Source of the DNA: Gemmatimonadota bacterium
GTDB taxonomy: Bacteria; Gemmatimonadota; Gemmatimonadetes; Gemmatimonadales; GWC2-71-9
NCBI GenBank assembly: GCA_039588295.1
Contig: JBDHAB010000002.1
Span: 96,001-160,000 of the forward strand
Direction: 5' to 3'
DNA length: 64,000 nucleotides
Shown here: positions 46,812 to 56,069 of the stretch, piece by piece
Layout: each line of letters begins with the position of its first letter
How positions within the stretch are numbered: position 1 is the first letter of the stretch
Position numbers and translations under genes: made by a program
Notes under the pieces: generated by a model
The model's input: only the letters and a program-made list of their open reading frames with translations
Told to the model about the DNA's origin: nothing
Database searches by the model: none

Positions 46812-48572
46812 ATGGAAACGCTTGAACGCGTTGTCAACACGCTGAACGTCTGGGTGTGGCAGAAGGGCATTCCCGCCGGGGTCGACGTCGTTCCGTTCGT
46901 CGTGATCGCGCTCATGGGCACCGGGTTGTTCCTCACCCTCCGGCTCAAGTTCATCCAGCTCCGGCATCTGGGACACGGCTTCGCCGTCACATCCGGCAAG
47001 TACGATGACCCAAACGAACCGGGTGACGTGCCCCACTTCCAGGCGCTCACCACGGCGCTCTCGGCGACGGTGGGGATCGGGAACATTGCAGGCGTGGCGA
47101 TCGCGATTCACTGGGGCGGCCCGGGGGCGCTGTTCTGGATGTGGATGACGGCACTGCTGGGCATGGCCACGAAATACTCCGAGGTGACCCTTGCGCAGCA
47201 CTATCGTCACACGGAGGATCCGGATGCCGGACGGCTCCAGGGGACGGTGTCGGGCGGTCCCATGTACTACATCGAGCGTGGGCTCGGGCCGGGATGGAAA
47301 CCGCTCGCGGTGTTCTTTGCATTGATGCTCGGCTTCACCGCGTTTCTCACCGGTAACGCGGTGCAGGCCAATACCGTAGCCGACACGATGCAGACCACGT
47401 TCAGCGTTCCGAAGTGGACGACCGGGCTCATCACCGCCAGTATCGTTGCGGCAGTCGTGCTCGGGGGCATCCGACGGATCGGGAGAGTCACCAGCATTCT
47501 CGCACCGGTCATGGCTGCCATTTACGCGGTGGGTGCCATCACCATCATCCTGCTCCACTTCGAGTGGTTCCTACCCAGTGTTGCGACGATCTTCCGCGAG
47601 GCGTTCAACCCCACCGCCGGGGTTGCCGGTGTCGGCATGGGAGCGCTCCTGCTCACGATGATGTGGGGGGTACGGCGGGGACTCTTCTCCAATGAAGCCG
47701 GTCAGGGATCGGCGCCCATCGCCCACGCTGCAGCCAAGACCGACGAGCCCGTGTCCGAGGGCGTCGTCGCGCTACTCGAGCCGTTCATCGACACCCTGGT
47801 CATCTGTACGATGACCGGACTCGTCATCATCATGACCGGTGTGTGGGACGATCGCCATCCGACCGAGATCACGTTGACCGGCGGCGATCTCTCCTACGTG
47901 TCGTATAACGACGACGGGTTCCGCGAGCCCGTAGATCCCGTACCCGAGGAGATCCGGTTCGTCGACGGTCGCCACGTCGAGACCAGTGCCGACGTCCCGC
48001 TGATTGCATGGCACGAGGTGGAGCTCGAGCGCCTCTACGTGGACGCAGACCAGACCGTTCCGTTCACGGGGGTCGTGCGACCTGCAAGTGGGCGGGTCGA
48101 CGGTATCGCCGTTTCAGCAGACGGACAGAACTACCCCTCGCTGTACGCGGACGCCGTCGAGAGCGGTGCACCGCTCACGATGGTGGGCTTCCAGCGTGGG
48201 CTGCCGGGAGAATGGGGCAAATACATCGTCTTGTTGAGCGTGCTGCTCTTCGCCGTCTCCACGGCGATCTCGTGGAGCTATTACGGGGACCGGTGCGCCA
48301 ACTACCTGTTCGGCCCGCTGGCGATTCTCCCCTACAAGGTGGTGTTCGTCGGCATGCACTTCTTCGGTGCCATGGTGTCGCTGAACGTGATCTGGCTGAT
48401 GGGAGACGTGGCGCTCGGTATCGTGATCCTTCCCAACCTGCTCGCGCTCATCCTGTTGTCAGGGAAGGTGAAGGCGCTGACAGACAGCTACTTCCAGCGC
48501 AAGCCGTGGGTCGAGAACTATGAGCTCCGGCAGCGCCACAAGGCGGAAGAGGGGCGGCGACCGTCGGGGTAA
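46812..48572 (+). CDS. Sodium:alanine symporter family (AlsT/AgcS)
   Basis: TVGIGNIAGVA, GGPMYYI, RGLFSNEAGQGS, WSYYG; SD AGGAG. Confidence 0.93.
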   Translation: METLERVVNTLNVWVWQKGIPAGVDVVPFVVIALMGTGLFLTLRLKFIQLRHLGHGFAVTSGKYDDPNEPGDVPHFQALTTALSATVGIGNIAGVAIAIHWGGPGALFWMWMTALLGMATKYSEVTLAQHYRHTEDPDAGRLQGTVSGGPMYYIERGLGPGWKPLAVFFALMLGFTAFLTGNAVQANTVADTMQTTFSVPKWTTGLITASIVAAVVLGGIRRIGRVTSILAPVMAAIYAVGAITIILLHFEWFLPSVATIFREAFNPTAGVAGVGMGALLLTMMWGVRRGLFSNEAGQGSAPIAHAAAKTDEPVSEGVVALLEPFIDTLVICTMTGLVIIMTGVWDDRHPTEITLTGGDLSYVSYNDDGFREPVDPVPEEIRFVDGRHVETSADVPLIAWHEVELERLYVDADQTVPFTGVVRPASGRVDGIAVSADGQNYPSLYADAVESGAPLTMVGFQRGLPGEWGKYIVLLSVLLFAVSTAISWSYYGDRCANYLFGPLAILPYKVVFVGMHFFGAMVSLNVIWLMGDVALGIVILPNLLALILLSGKVKALTDSYFQRKPWVENYELRQRHKAEEGRRPSG

Positions 48573-48664
48573 GCCGGGTGTCGAGGTGATGGGTGCGAGT
48601 GACAGGGGTGGGTGATCGGGAATGGGCGTAAGCCATGCGCGCCCCCCTCGAAGTTGCCCGTTCG

Positions 48665-50119
48665 TCATAGCGAGTAGTTCGGAGCTTCCCTGGTAATCAC
48701 CACATCGTGCGGGTGTGACTCACGGAGACCCGCCGCCGTGATCTGGATGGTCACGGTATCGGAGCGAAGCTGGTCGATCGTGGCACACCCACAGTACCCC
48801 ATGCCGCTCCGGATCCCGCCCGCCACCTGGTAGATCACGTCCCCCACCGGCCCTCGGTACGGCACCCTCCCTTCAATGCCTTCCGGAACGAGCTTCCGTG
48901 CCGAGATCTCGCCCTCCTGGAAGTATCGATCGGCCGACCCATCCTGCATCGCACTCAACGAACCCATACCGCGGATCGTCTTGAACCGACGGCCCTCGAG
49001 CAGGAAGCTCTCGCCGGGACTCTCGTCGGTTCCTGCCAGCATCGATCCCAGCATGACGCTCGACGCGCCTGCTGCGAGCGCCTTGACCGCATCCCCCGAG
49101 TACTTGACGCCGCCATCCGCGATGAGCGGCACGCCACCCGCCCCTCGAAGGGCGTCGATGATCGCGGTGATCTGCGGTACGCCAACTCCCGTCACCACCC
49201 GGGTCGTGCAGATCGAGCCGGGTCCAATGCCCACCTTGACCGCATCCACGCCGCGGTCGACCAGTGCCCGTGCACCCTCTTCGGTGGCCACGTTGCCACC
49301 CACGAGCTGCGCTTCCGGATAGGCCTCCCGCACGACCGCAATCGCCTCGAGCACGCCTAGCGAGTGCCCATGCGCTGAATCGATGACAATCGCGTCCGCA
49401 CCCGCATCGAGGAGAGCCCCGGCACGCGCTTTGGAATCACTGCCGACCCCGACGGCCGCGGCCACGCGCAGGCGGCCGTGCTCGTCCTTGTTCGCGTCCG
49501 GAAACTGTCGCCGCTTGATGATGTCCTTGACCGTGATGAGCCCCTGGAGAATGCCACGGTCATCCACCACCGGGAGCTTCTCGATGCGGTGCTCGCCCAA
49601 AATGCGTTCTGCCTCGTCGAGCGTCGTACCGACGGGCGCGGTTATCAGCCGGTCCTTCGTCATCGCCTCGTGCACGGGTCGATCGAGGTTGGGCTCGAAT
49701 TGGAGGTCTCGATTCGTGATGATCCCAACCAGACGGCCGTGTTCATCCACGATCGGCACACCCGAGATCTTGAACCGACCCATGAGGCCCGCTGCCTCAC
49801 GAATCGTGCGGTCAGGTCCGAGGGTGATTGGATTGCGGATCATCCCGCTCTCGGACCGCTTCACACGATCCACTTCTCCCGCCTGCCGGTCGATCTGCAT
49901 GTTCTTGTGAATGACGCCGATGCCACCGAACCGCGCCATCGCGATGGCCATGTTGGCTTCCGTAACCGTGTCCATGGCCGCGGAGATCAGCGGCACATTC
50001 AGCGGGATACTCCGTGTGAATCGGCTGCTGACGCTCACACCGCGGGGGTGCACCGTCGCGTGACGCGGCACTAAGAGGACATCGTCGAAGGTCAAACCGA
50101 AGTCTGAGCGGAGATTCAT
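48665..50119 (-). CDS. guaB: IMP dehydrogenase
   Basis: [11 protein letters not shown] pair, [21 protein letters not shown]. Confidence 0.97.
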   Translation of the reverse strand: MNLRSDFGLTFDDVLLVPRHATVHPRGVSVSSRFTRSIPLNVPLISAAMDTVTEANMAIAMARFGGIGVIHKNMQIDRQAGEVDRVKRSESGMIRNPITLGPDRTIREAAGLMGRFKISGVPIVDEHGRLVGIITNRDLQFEPNLDRPVHEAMTKDRLITAPVGTTLDEAERILGEHRIEKLPVVDDRGILQGLITVKDIIKRRQFPDANKDEHGRLRVAAAVGVGSDSKARAGALLDAGADAIVIDSAHGHSLGVLEAIAVVREAYPEAQLVGGNVATEEGARALVDRGVDAVKVGIGPGSICTTRVVTGVGVPQITAIIDALRGAGGVPLIADGGVKYSGDAVKALAAGASSVMLGSMLAGTDESPGESFLLEGRRFKTIRGMGSLSAMQDGSADRYFQEGEISARKLVPEGIEGRVPYRGPVGDVIYQVAGGIRSGMGYCGCATIDQLRSDTVTIQITAAGLRESHPHDVVITREAPNYSL

Positions 50120-50145
50120 CGCAGTGCCTTAGGCTATATGCACAA

Positions 50146-50178
50146 AGACCCGCCGCGCCTGAAAGGCGTAGCGGGTCT
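50146..50178 (-). terminator. Terminator-like hairpin upstream of guaB
   Basis: AGACCCGCTACGCCT-TTC-AGGCGCGGCGGGTCT followed by TTGTG. Confidence 0.55.
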
Positions 50179-50236
50179 CGTTTGGGCCCGAACTACCGTT
50201 TCCATGAAAGAAGGTAGCCGGCGGCCCTTCCCTCGG

Positions 50237-50629
50237 TCAAGGCGACGGAGGCGTCTCCTCCTCTTCTTGTGTGGCGGCCGGTGACTCCGGCTCCGACTCG
50301 GTGTCGGCGGCGTCCTTCCCACCGGATCCGTTGCCCGCTTCCGGCTGCAGCTCTTCCGCAACTACCCGACTGGCGGCAGCCAGTCCGTCCATGAGCTTGC
50401 CCGCTGTCTCCATCACCTGTGCCGCCCCTTTGGTGGCGACATCGGTGATACTGACGCTGCCGAACTTGTCTTCGAGACTCTCGGTGAGCTTCTGTACCGG
50501 AGACGGCGCACGGCGGCTTCGATTGTGTTTGGACTCCAAGAACTCGAGATAGTCCAACAGCTGCCTACCCATTTCATCCGACAGCGCGTCCAGTCTTCCA
50601 GTGATCTTCGCGCGTAGGTTCTCGTTCAT
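50237..50629 (-). CDS. Hypothetical protein
   Basis: ATG after GAGGCGGAAG; helical N-terminus, acidic tail. Confidence 0.65.
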   Translation of the reverse strand: MNENLRAKITGRLDALSDEMGRQLLDYLEFLESKHNRSRRAPSPVQKLTESLEDKFGSVSITDVATKGAAQVMETAGKLMDGLAAASRVVAEELQPEAGNGSGGKDAADTESEPESPAATQEEEETPPSP

Positions 50630-50639
50630 CGCTTCCGCC

Positions 50640-51689
50640 TCACGGCTGCCTGACGGCGGCCTCAACAAGTGTCAGCACCGGATTGCCAAGATAGTGGGAG
50701 CGTCCCGTACGGACCCGCCCGACGATCACCAATTCGCTCAGTGCCGGTAGGCGCGAGAGCTGCTCCACCTGCTCCTCGTTCAGAATCACGTAGACGAATC
50801 CTGACTCCGGCAGCGGCCCGCGCGCTAGCATGTATCGGCGTCCCTCCGGGATGTCGCGCCGGATCTCGTCGGCATCCTGAATCGCAATGTACTGTACGAC
50901 CCACTGCACCAACTTGTTTCGAAACTCCTCCGACCGCGCTCGGATTTCGGCCCCGCTCACCCCCACGAGCACCTCCGGTGTGCCGGATTCCAGATCGCGC
51001 TCCCGCACCCATCCTTCCATCTGCACCCGCACCCACTCTCCCGACCGTGCCAGCACACGCACTGCGGCGCCGGCGCGAAGGGCACCCGTCGTGTCACCGT
51101 CCGGCGTCCGATAGAGCGTCGCGGCCGCCGCTGTCACGGCCCGATCGAGATAGGAACCCCCGGTCTCGGTCGGCGCTTCCTCTGCCTGGGGGGGCCGGCT
51201 CGGGGCGCCGGGTCGGGTACCGGGCGAAGCCCCCACCGGCTCGAGCGATCCTCGAAACATCCAGCCGCTTCGTTGCACATGCACCCAAGCCGGTCGACGG
51301 TCGAGCTCAAAGAGCAGCGCCCCGGAGGCCAGCTGAGCTACGATCCGACCATTGGGCTCAACCCGGAGGTTCTCCCCCGCACGAGCGGCGACGGTGAGAT
51401 CGAAGCCGTCACGCTCCGTCGAATCGAGCGATCGCGCCCACATCCAACCTTCGAGCGTGACATGCACCCACCGGCCAAAGACCGAATCGGCCGCGACCTC
51501 CGACCCGGCATTGACCGTCGCCAGCCGAGTAGCCCGTCCGGTCGGCTCCCGGCGGAAGTTCTCGGTGGTGATCACGCGATACCGGTCCTGCGCGACGAGC
51601 GGGGTGGGCCCAGCGAACACAACAGCGACCGCAACCAGCACGCAGGCTGGTAGGGCCGCTGGGACGTGGCTACATTGCCTCATTCTCAT
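50640..51689 (-). CDS. Exported protein with tandem bacterial SH3-like domains
   Basis: Signal peptide; three repeats of N(F/L)R..P.G...WV.V...GW. Confidence 0.75.
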   Translation of the reverse strand: MRMRQCSHVPAALPACVLVAVAVVFAGPTPLVAQDRYRVITTENFRREPTGRATRLATVNAGSEVAADSVFGRWVHVTLEGWMWARSLDSTERDGFDLTVAARAGENLRVEPNGRIVAQLASGALLFELDRRPAWVHVQRSGWMFRGSLEPVGASPGTRPGAPSRPPQAEEAPTETGGSYLDRAVTAAAATLYRTPDGDTTGALRAGAAVRVLARSGEWVRVQMEGWVRERDLESGTPEVLVGVSGAEIRARSEEFRNKLVQWVVQYIAIQDADEIRRDIPEGRRYMLARGPLPESGFVYVILNEEQVEQLSRLPALSELVIVGRVRTGRSHYLGNPVLTLVEAAVRQP

Positions 51690-51706
51690 TCTCGGTTCTC
51701 GAGAGG

Positions 51707-51735
51707 ATTGTAGGAGCGCCTGCGTTTCATGTCAA
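51707..51735 (-). promoter_or_regulatory. Near-consensus sigma70 promoter for the SH3 gene
   Basis: TTGACA-N17-TACAAT on the minus strand, 17 nt before ATG. Confidence 0.7.
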
Positions 51736-52466
51736 ACTCGCGGTGTCACACTCGAACCGTGGCTCGTGTGGCCGTCTGCCTCGTGCTGGCTGGATCTCTG
51801 CCACCCGCAGCCGACGCGCAGGTCGGACACAGGCCCGACGCGTCTCCGTATCGTGAGATCGCCGGGAAGTACTCGCTGACCCTGTTCGGAGGCCAGTCCT
51901 GGGGTTCCGGAGGCAAGGTCGAGGTCGGTCCCGGTGGCGGCCCCTTGGGGGGTGCGCGTTTCGACCTGCACCTCGCCGGCCCAGGGGCGATCCAACTCGG
52001 CCTCGCACTCGGGAGTTTCGACCGCGTGCTGCTCAACCCCAGTGATACCGTCCCGGAAAACCGGGTCCTCGGCACGACATCGCAGTCCGTGATTCTCGTC
52101 GACGGGGGGCTCAACTTCGTGTTCACCGGTGAGAAGACCTGGCACGGCCTGGCGCCGTACCTCGGGGCGTCGCTGGGGCTCGCGCTCGGCGGGGACGTTC
52201 CGGAGGACACGCTCAGCGGCTTCACCTTCTCGACCAAGTTCATTGTCGGTCCGCAACTCGGCGTGCGCTGGCATATCACCGATCGTGTGCTGGTCCGGTT
52301 CGAGGCTCGTGACGTGATCTGGCGGCTCTCATACCCGGGTGGGTTCTTCGAGCTTCCCGAGGGAACCTCCGAGGACGTGGAGCCACTGCTCGACCCACGA
52401 TTCAACAAGCAGACACAGTGGACACATAACCCGATGTTGCTCGCAGCGTTGGGCTGGGTGTTCTAG
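51729..52466 (+). CDS. Outer membrane beta-barrel protein
   Basis: Signal ADA|Q; PYLGASLG and RFEARD strands; terminal GWVF. Confidence 0.75.
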   Translation: MSNSRCHTRTVARVAVCLVLAGSLPPAADAQVGHRPDASPYREIAGKYSLTLFGGQSWGSGGKVEVGPGGGPLGGARFDLHLAGPGAIQLGLALGSFDRVLLNPSDTVPENRVLGTTSQSVILVDGGLNFVFTGEKTWHGLAPYLGASLGLALGGDVPEDTLSGFTFSTKFIVGPQLGVRWHITDRVLVRFEARDVIWRLSYPGGFFELPEGTSEDVEPLLDPRFNKQTQWTHNPMLLAALGWVF

Positions 52467-52474
52467 CCGCAGCA

Positions 52475-53170
52475 TTGGAGTTCTTCGCAGGCGGCCTTCG
52501 TCGAGGGATCGAGCTCATCCTTGGTGGCGACCCCGATGTGTTCAGCATCACTGCCCTCTCTCTCAGAGTTGCGACCATCTCCACTATTCTCGCGTGCGGG
52601 ATCGGCGTTCCCGTCGGCTTCGTCGTGGGAACAACGCGCTTCTGGGGCCGACGCGCAGCGCTCACGGTGCTCAACACCATGCTGGCCTTCCCCACGGTGG
52701 TCGTCGGCGTACTCGTGTGGGGACTGCTGGCCCGACGGGGCCTCTTCGGCGGTGCCGAGTTGTTGTACACGTGGTGGGCCATCGTGATCGCCGAGGTCCT
52801 GCTTGCGGCGCCGATCGCGGCCGCATTGACCGCGGCGGCCGTGCAGGGCATCGACCCACGAGTACGTCGCACGGCCCTGACGCTCGGCGCGAGTCCGCTG
52901 CGCACGCACCTCGCTGTCGCGCGTGCCGCGCGATTCGCACTCCTCACGGCGGTGGTCGTGGCGTTCGGCCGCGTGCTCGCCGAGGTCGGGGCTGCGATGA
53001 TCGTCGGCGGCAACATTCGACACTACACCCGCACGCTCACCACCGCGGTCGCACTGGCAACCTCACAGGGTGACTTCGGCCTGGCGATCGCTCTCGGCCT
53101 CGTGCTGCTCGCGCTCGCGCTCACGGTAAACGTGCTGCTACAGCTCTTCCAAGGACGCGGAGATGCTTAG
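52475..53170 (+). CDS. Tungstate ABC transporter permease (TupB-like)
   Basis: P.VVVG, EVGAAMIVGGNI..TRTLTTA..L. Confidence 0.85.
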   Translation: MEFFAGGLRRGIELILGGDPDVFSITALSLRVATISTILACGIGVPVGFVVGTTRFWGRRAALTVLNTMLAFPTVVVGVLVWGLLARRGLFGGAELLYTWWAIVIAEVLLAAPIAAALTAAAVQGIDPRVRRTALTLGASPLRTHLAVARAARFALLTAVVVAFGRVLAEVGAAMIVGGNIRHYTRTLTTAVALATSQGDFGLAIALGLVLLALALTVNVLLQLFQGRGDA

Positions 53171-54158
53171 GGCCGAGTCGCTGGTGCACGCGTACGGCGG
53201 CCGTACGGTCCTCTCGATCGAATCACTCTCGCTCGACGGAGGCAGCGCGACTGCCGTCGTCGGACCGAACGGCTCTGGCAAGAGCACGCTGCTGAGAATC
53301 CTGGCGCTCGTCGAGCGGCCCCGTGCTGGCACCATTGCGGTTGACGGACAGCCCATTCGATCGGCGGCTGATCGTCGACGGGCGCGACGGCGCGTGACCC
53401 TGGTCGAGCAGTCACCGTACCTCTTCCCCGGCACCGTGCGGGGCAACGTGCTGTACGCGCTGTCGCTACACGGGATCACCGGATCGCGGGCGGCAACACG
53501 GGCCGATGAGGCGCTCACGCGGCTGCATGTCGATGAGTTCGCCGGTCGGCACGCCCGTGCACTCTCCGAGGGCGAGCGGCAGCGTGTTGCCGTCGCTCGG
53601 GCCGTGGCGCTCGAGCCAACTGTTCTGCTGCTCGACGAGCCTGCCGGCGCGGCGGATCGCGCGGCGACCACACAGCTCTATCAGATTCTCGAGGAAGAAC
53701 GGAACCGCGGGGCCGCCGTGTGTCTCGCTTCGCACAACCTCGAGGATGCGTATCGATGGTCGAATCGCATCCTTGCCCTGGCAGATGGACGCACCAGTCC
53801 CGTCACACCCGAGAATCTGTTTCGCACAGTTCTTCCGGACGGTGTTGGCTCCAAGGTCGCACGCGTCGGTCCGCTCGAGGTACATGTCGTCACCGAGCAG
53901 TCGGGTGCCGCGACCATTGCCATTCCGGCAGACGAACTCCTGGTAAGCCTCACCCCGTTGCACTCCAGCGCTCGGAACGAATTCCCCGGTCAAGTGGTTC
54001 GCATCAGCGAGCACGACCCCACGCGAGTGACGCTCACGGTGGATGTGGGTGTGGATCTCGCCGTCCGGATCACCCGACCTGCATTGAATGATCTCGGTAT
54101 CGAGCTCGGTACCCGTGTCGTGCTCGCCATCAAGGCCCTGGCGGTGCGAGTCTTCTGA
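53163..54158 (+). CDS. ABC ATP-binding protein with TOBE domain (TupC/ModC-like)
   Basis: GPNGSGKS, LSEGERQR, LLDEP; C-terminal SSARN..IKA oxyanion-binding motif. Confidence 0.88.
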   Translation: MLRAESLVHAYGGRTVLSIESLSLDGGSATAVVGPNGSGKSTLLRILALVERPRAGTIAVDGQPIRSAADRRRARRRVTLVEQSPYLFPGTVRGNVLYALSLHGITGSRAATRADEALTRLHVDEFAGRHARALSEGERQRVAVARAVALEPTVLLLDEPAGAADRAATTQLYQILEEERNRGAAVCLASHNLEDAYRWSNRILALADGRTSPVTPENLFRTVLPDGVGSKVARVGPLEVHVVTEQSGAATIAIPADELLVSLTPLHSSARNEFPGQVVRISEHDPTRVTLTVDVGVDLAVRITRPALNDLGIELGTRVVLAIKALAVRVF

Positions 54159-54180
54159 GCCCTAGGTAGATTGCGACACG

Positions 54181-54615
54181 ATGCCCCTTGTCCGCTTGAC
54201 ACGCGTGGTTCCGTTCAGCGCCGCTCACCGATACTTCCGGCCGGAATGGTCAACGCAACAGAACGCCGAAGTCTTCGGGACGTGCTCGAGCGAGCACGGA
54301 CACGGGCACAGCTATCAGTGCCGCGTGACCGTGATCGGGCCCATGGACCCGGAAACGGGAATGGTCATCAATCTCCGCGACCTCGACGAGATCCTGCAAG
54401 ACGAAGTCAAACAGCGCTTCGATCACCGCTTCATCAACCACGACGTGCCCGAGTTCGCGTTCGGCGCGCAGATCCCGACCGGTGAGGCGCTTGCGGTGTA
54501 TATCTGGGAGCAGGTGACCAGACGGCTGCCGGCCGGGGTCCGCCTCGAGTGCGTCCGGGTCCAGGAAGAACCACACCTGTACGCCGAATACCGTGGAGAG
54601 GAGAGCCATCGGTGA
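54181..54615 (+). CDS. 6-pyruvoyl-tetrahydropterin synthase/QueD family protein
   Basis: FSAAH, C..HGHGHSY, GMVI, DHRFIN, PTGE. Confidence 0.9.
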   Translation: MPLVRLTRVVPFSAAHRYFRPEWSTQQNAEVFGTCSSEHGHGHSYQCRVTVIGPMDPETGMVINLRDLDEILQDEVKQRFDHRFINHDVPEFAFGAQIPTGEALAVYIWEQVTRRLPAGVRLECVRVQEEPHLYAEYRGEESHR

Positions 54616-55448
54616 GAAGCGCCGTCACACGTCTTGCGTATGTTCTGCCGCTGGTGTGTCTCCTGGCCTCCGCAGCCGTGCCCCCAGCCGTTGCCCAAGT
54701 CCGTCCGGAACCGCGGCTTATGTTCTCGGTGTTCGGTGGTGTCGCGTATCACGGGAGCTTGTGGCGTATCGACAAGCAGCCGCTGCTGCTCCCGTTCGGC
54801 GTAGTCATGAGGGATACACTCACACTCAGTCGCCGGCTGACAGCTGCTCCGATGGTCGGTCTGAACGCTACCTACTACAGCTCGGCGAACCTCGGTTTCA
54901 CCGCCGAGGCCGTGTATCTAGCCCTGCGCACAGACGACAACTGCGTCATGCAGTTCACCAACCTCGATTTGCAGAACCGTAACACGCAAGTGTGTAACGA
55001 CATCACGCAACGGACCCGTACGTCCTCCAACGCCGGGTTCACGCTCGGAGTGGCATATCGCCTGGCGCCGCGCAGTCCCGTCACTCCGTACGGACGTCTC
55101 CAAGCGGGGGCCTCGATCCGAAGTTCGAACGTCATCAACATGGCTGGCCGCTTCAACGAGACGGATGCGAACGGCAATCTGCTCACGCAGGAGCGCACGG
55201 TGATCCTGGATGAGACGGAGACGAGACTGCACCCACTTCTTATTGCAGCGGTCGGTCTCACCTTCAGCGTCTCGCCCGGCTACCAGCTCCGGATGGAGGT
55301 GCGAGACCATGTGATCGTGTTGCGGCGTCCCACCGGTCCGGCCAACGATCTCGCACGGGCCGACGTGGAGAGCTTTCTGGGTCACGCACCCGCCCTCGTG
55401 TTCGGCATCGACATCGTCCTCGAGCAGAGGCGGGGCCGACGATACTAA
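54612..55448 (+). CDS. Outer membrane beta-barrel-like protein
   Basis: GTG overlaps the upstream stop; signal AVA|Q; PYGRLQAG and RMEVRD strands. Confidence 0.65.
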   Translation: MRSAVTRLAYVLPLVCLLASAAVPPAVAQVRPEPRLMFSVFGGVAYHGSLWRIDKQPLLLPFGVVMRDTLTLSRRLTAAPMVGLNATYYSSANLGFTAEAVYLALRTDDNCVMQFTNLDLQNRNTQVCNDITQRTRTSSNAGFTLGVAYRLAPRSPVTPYGRLQAGASIRSSNVINMAGRFNETDANGNLLTQERTVILDETETRLHPLLIAAVGLTFSVSPGYQLRMEVRDHVIVLRRPTGPANDLARADVESFLGHAPALVFGIDIVLEQRRGRRY

Positions 55449-55451
55449 CCC

Positions 55452-56069
55452 GTGCGTAGCGCCATTCTCGCCGGCGGCAACGCCAGGCGGTTCGCGGGTC
55501 GTCTCAAAGGGCTTGAGCGAATCGGTGACGAACGATTGTTGGATCGTGTCGTGCGAGTCGCGAAGGCCGCGACTCATACGCCACCCCTCCTCATCGCAAA
55601 CGACCCCGACGCCGCCGCCTGGCGTCCTGATCTGACAGTCGTGAACGATCGAGTTCCCGGCTGTGGTAGCCTAGGCGGCATCTACACGGCGCTCACAGCG
55701 GCACGCGGACCAGTGCTGGTGCTCGCGTGGGACATGCCGTTTCTCAGTGCCGAGCTCCTGACAGCTTTGGTGGCGGGCGCAGCTGACTTCGACGCCTATA
55801 TCCCGGAAAGCAACGGGCCACGCGGTCTGGAGCCACTCTGTGCGGTGTACGCGGAAGCTTGCACCGACGCGGTTCGCGCATGCCTCGAGTCACAGCGGTT
55901 AGCGGCCAATGCGTTTCACGATGCCATACGACTGGGGATCTTGCCGCTTGCGTCGGTCAGAACCTTCGGTGACCCTGCGGTGCAGTTCCTGAACGTCAAC
56001 CGACCAGAAGATCTCACACATGCACAACAGATCTGGCAGGAACGACAAGCTCTCGATGCCAAACGCTGA
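55452..56069 (+). CDS. mobA: Molybdenum cofactor guanylyltransferase
   Basis: ILAGG.ARRF..K, GSLGGI, DMPF, EPLCAVY, NVN.PED. Confidence 0.9.
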   Translation: MRSAILAGGNARRFAGRLKGLERIGDERLLDRVVRVAKAATHTPPLLIANDPDAAAWRPDLTVVNDRVPGCGSLGGIYTALTAARGPVLVLAWDMPFLSAELLTALVAGAADFDAYIPESNGPRGLEPLCAVYAEACTDAVRACLESQRLAANAFHDAIRLGILPLASVRTFGDPAVQFLNVNRPEDLTHAQQIWQERQALDAKR

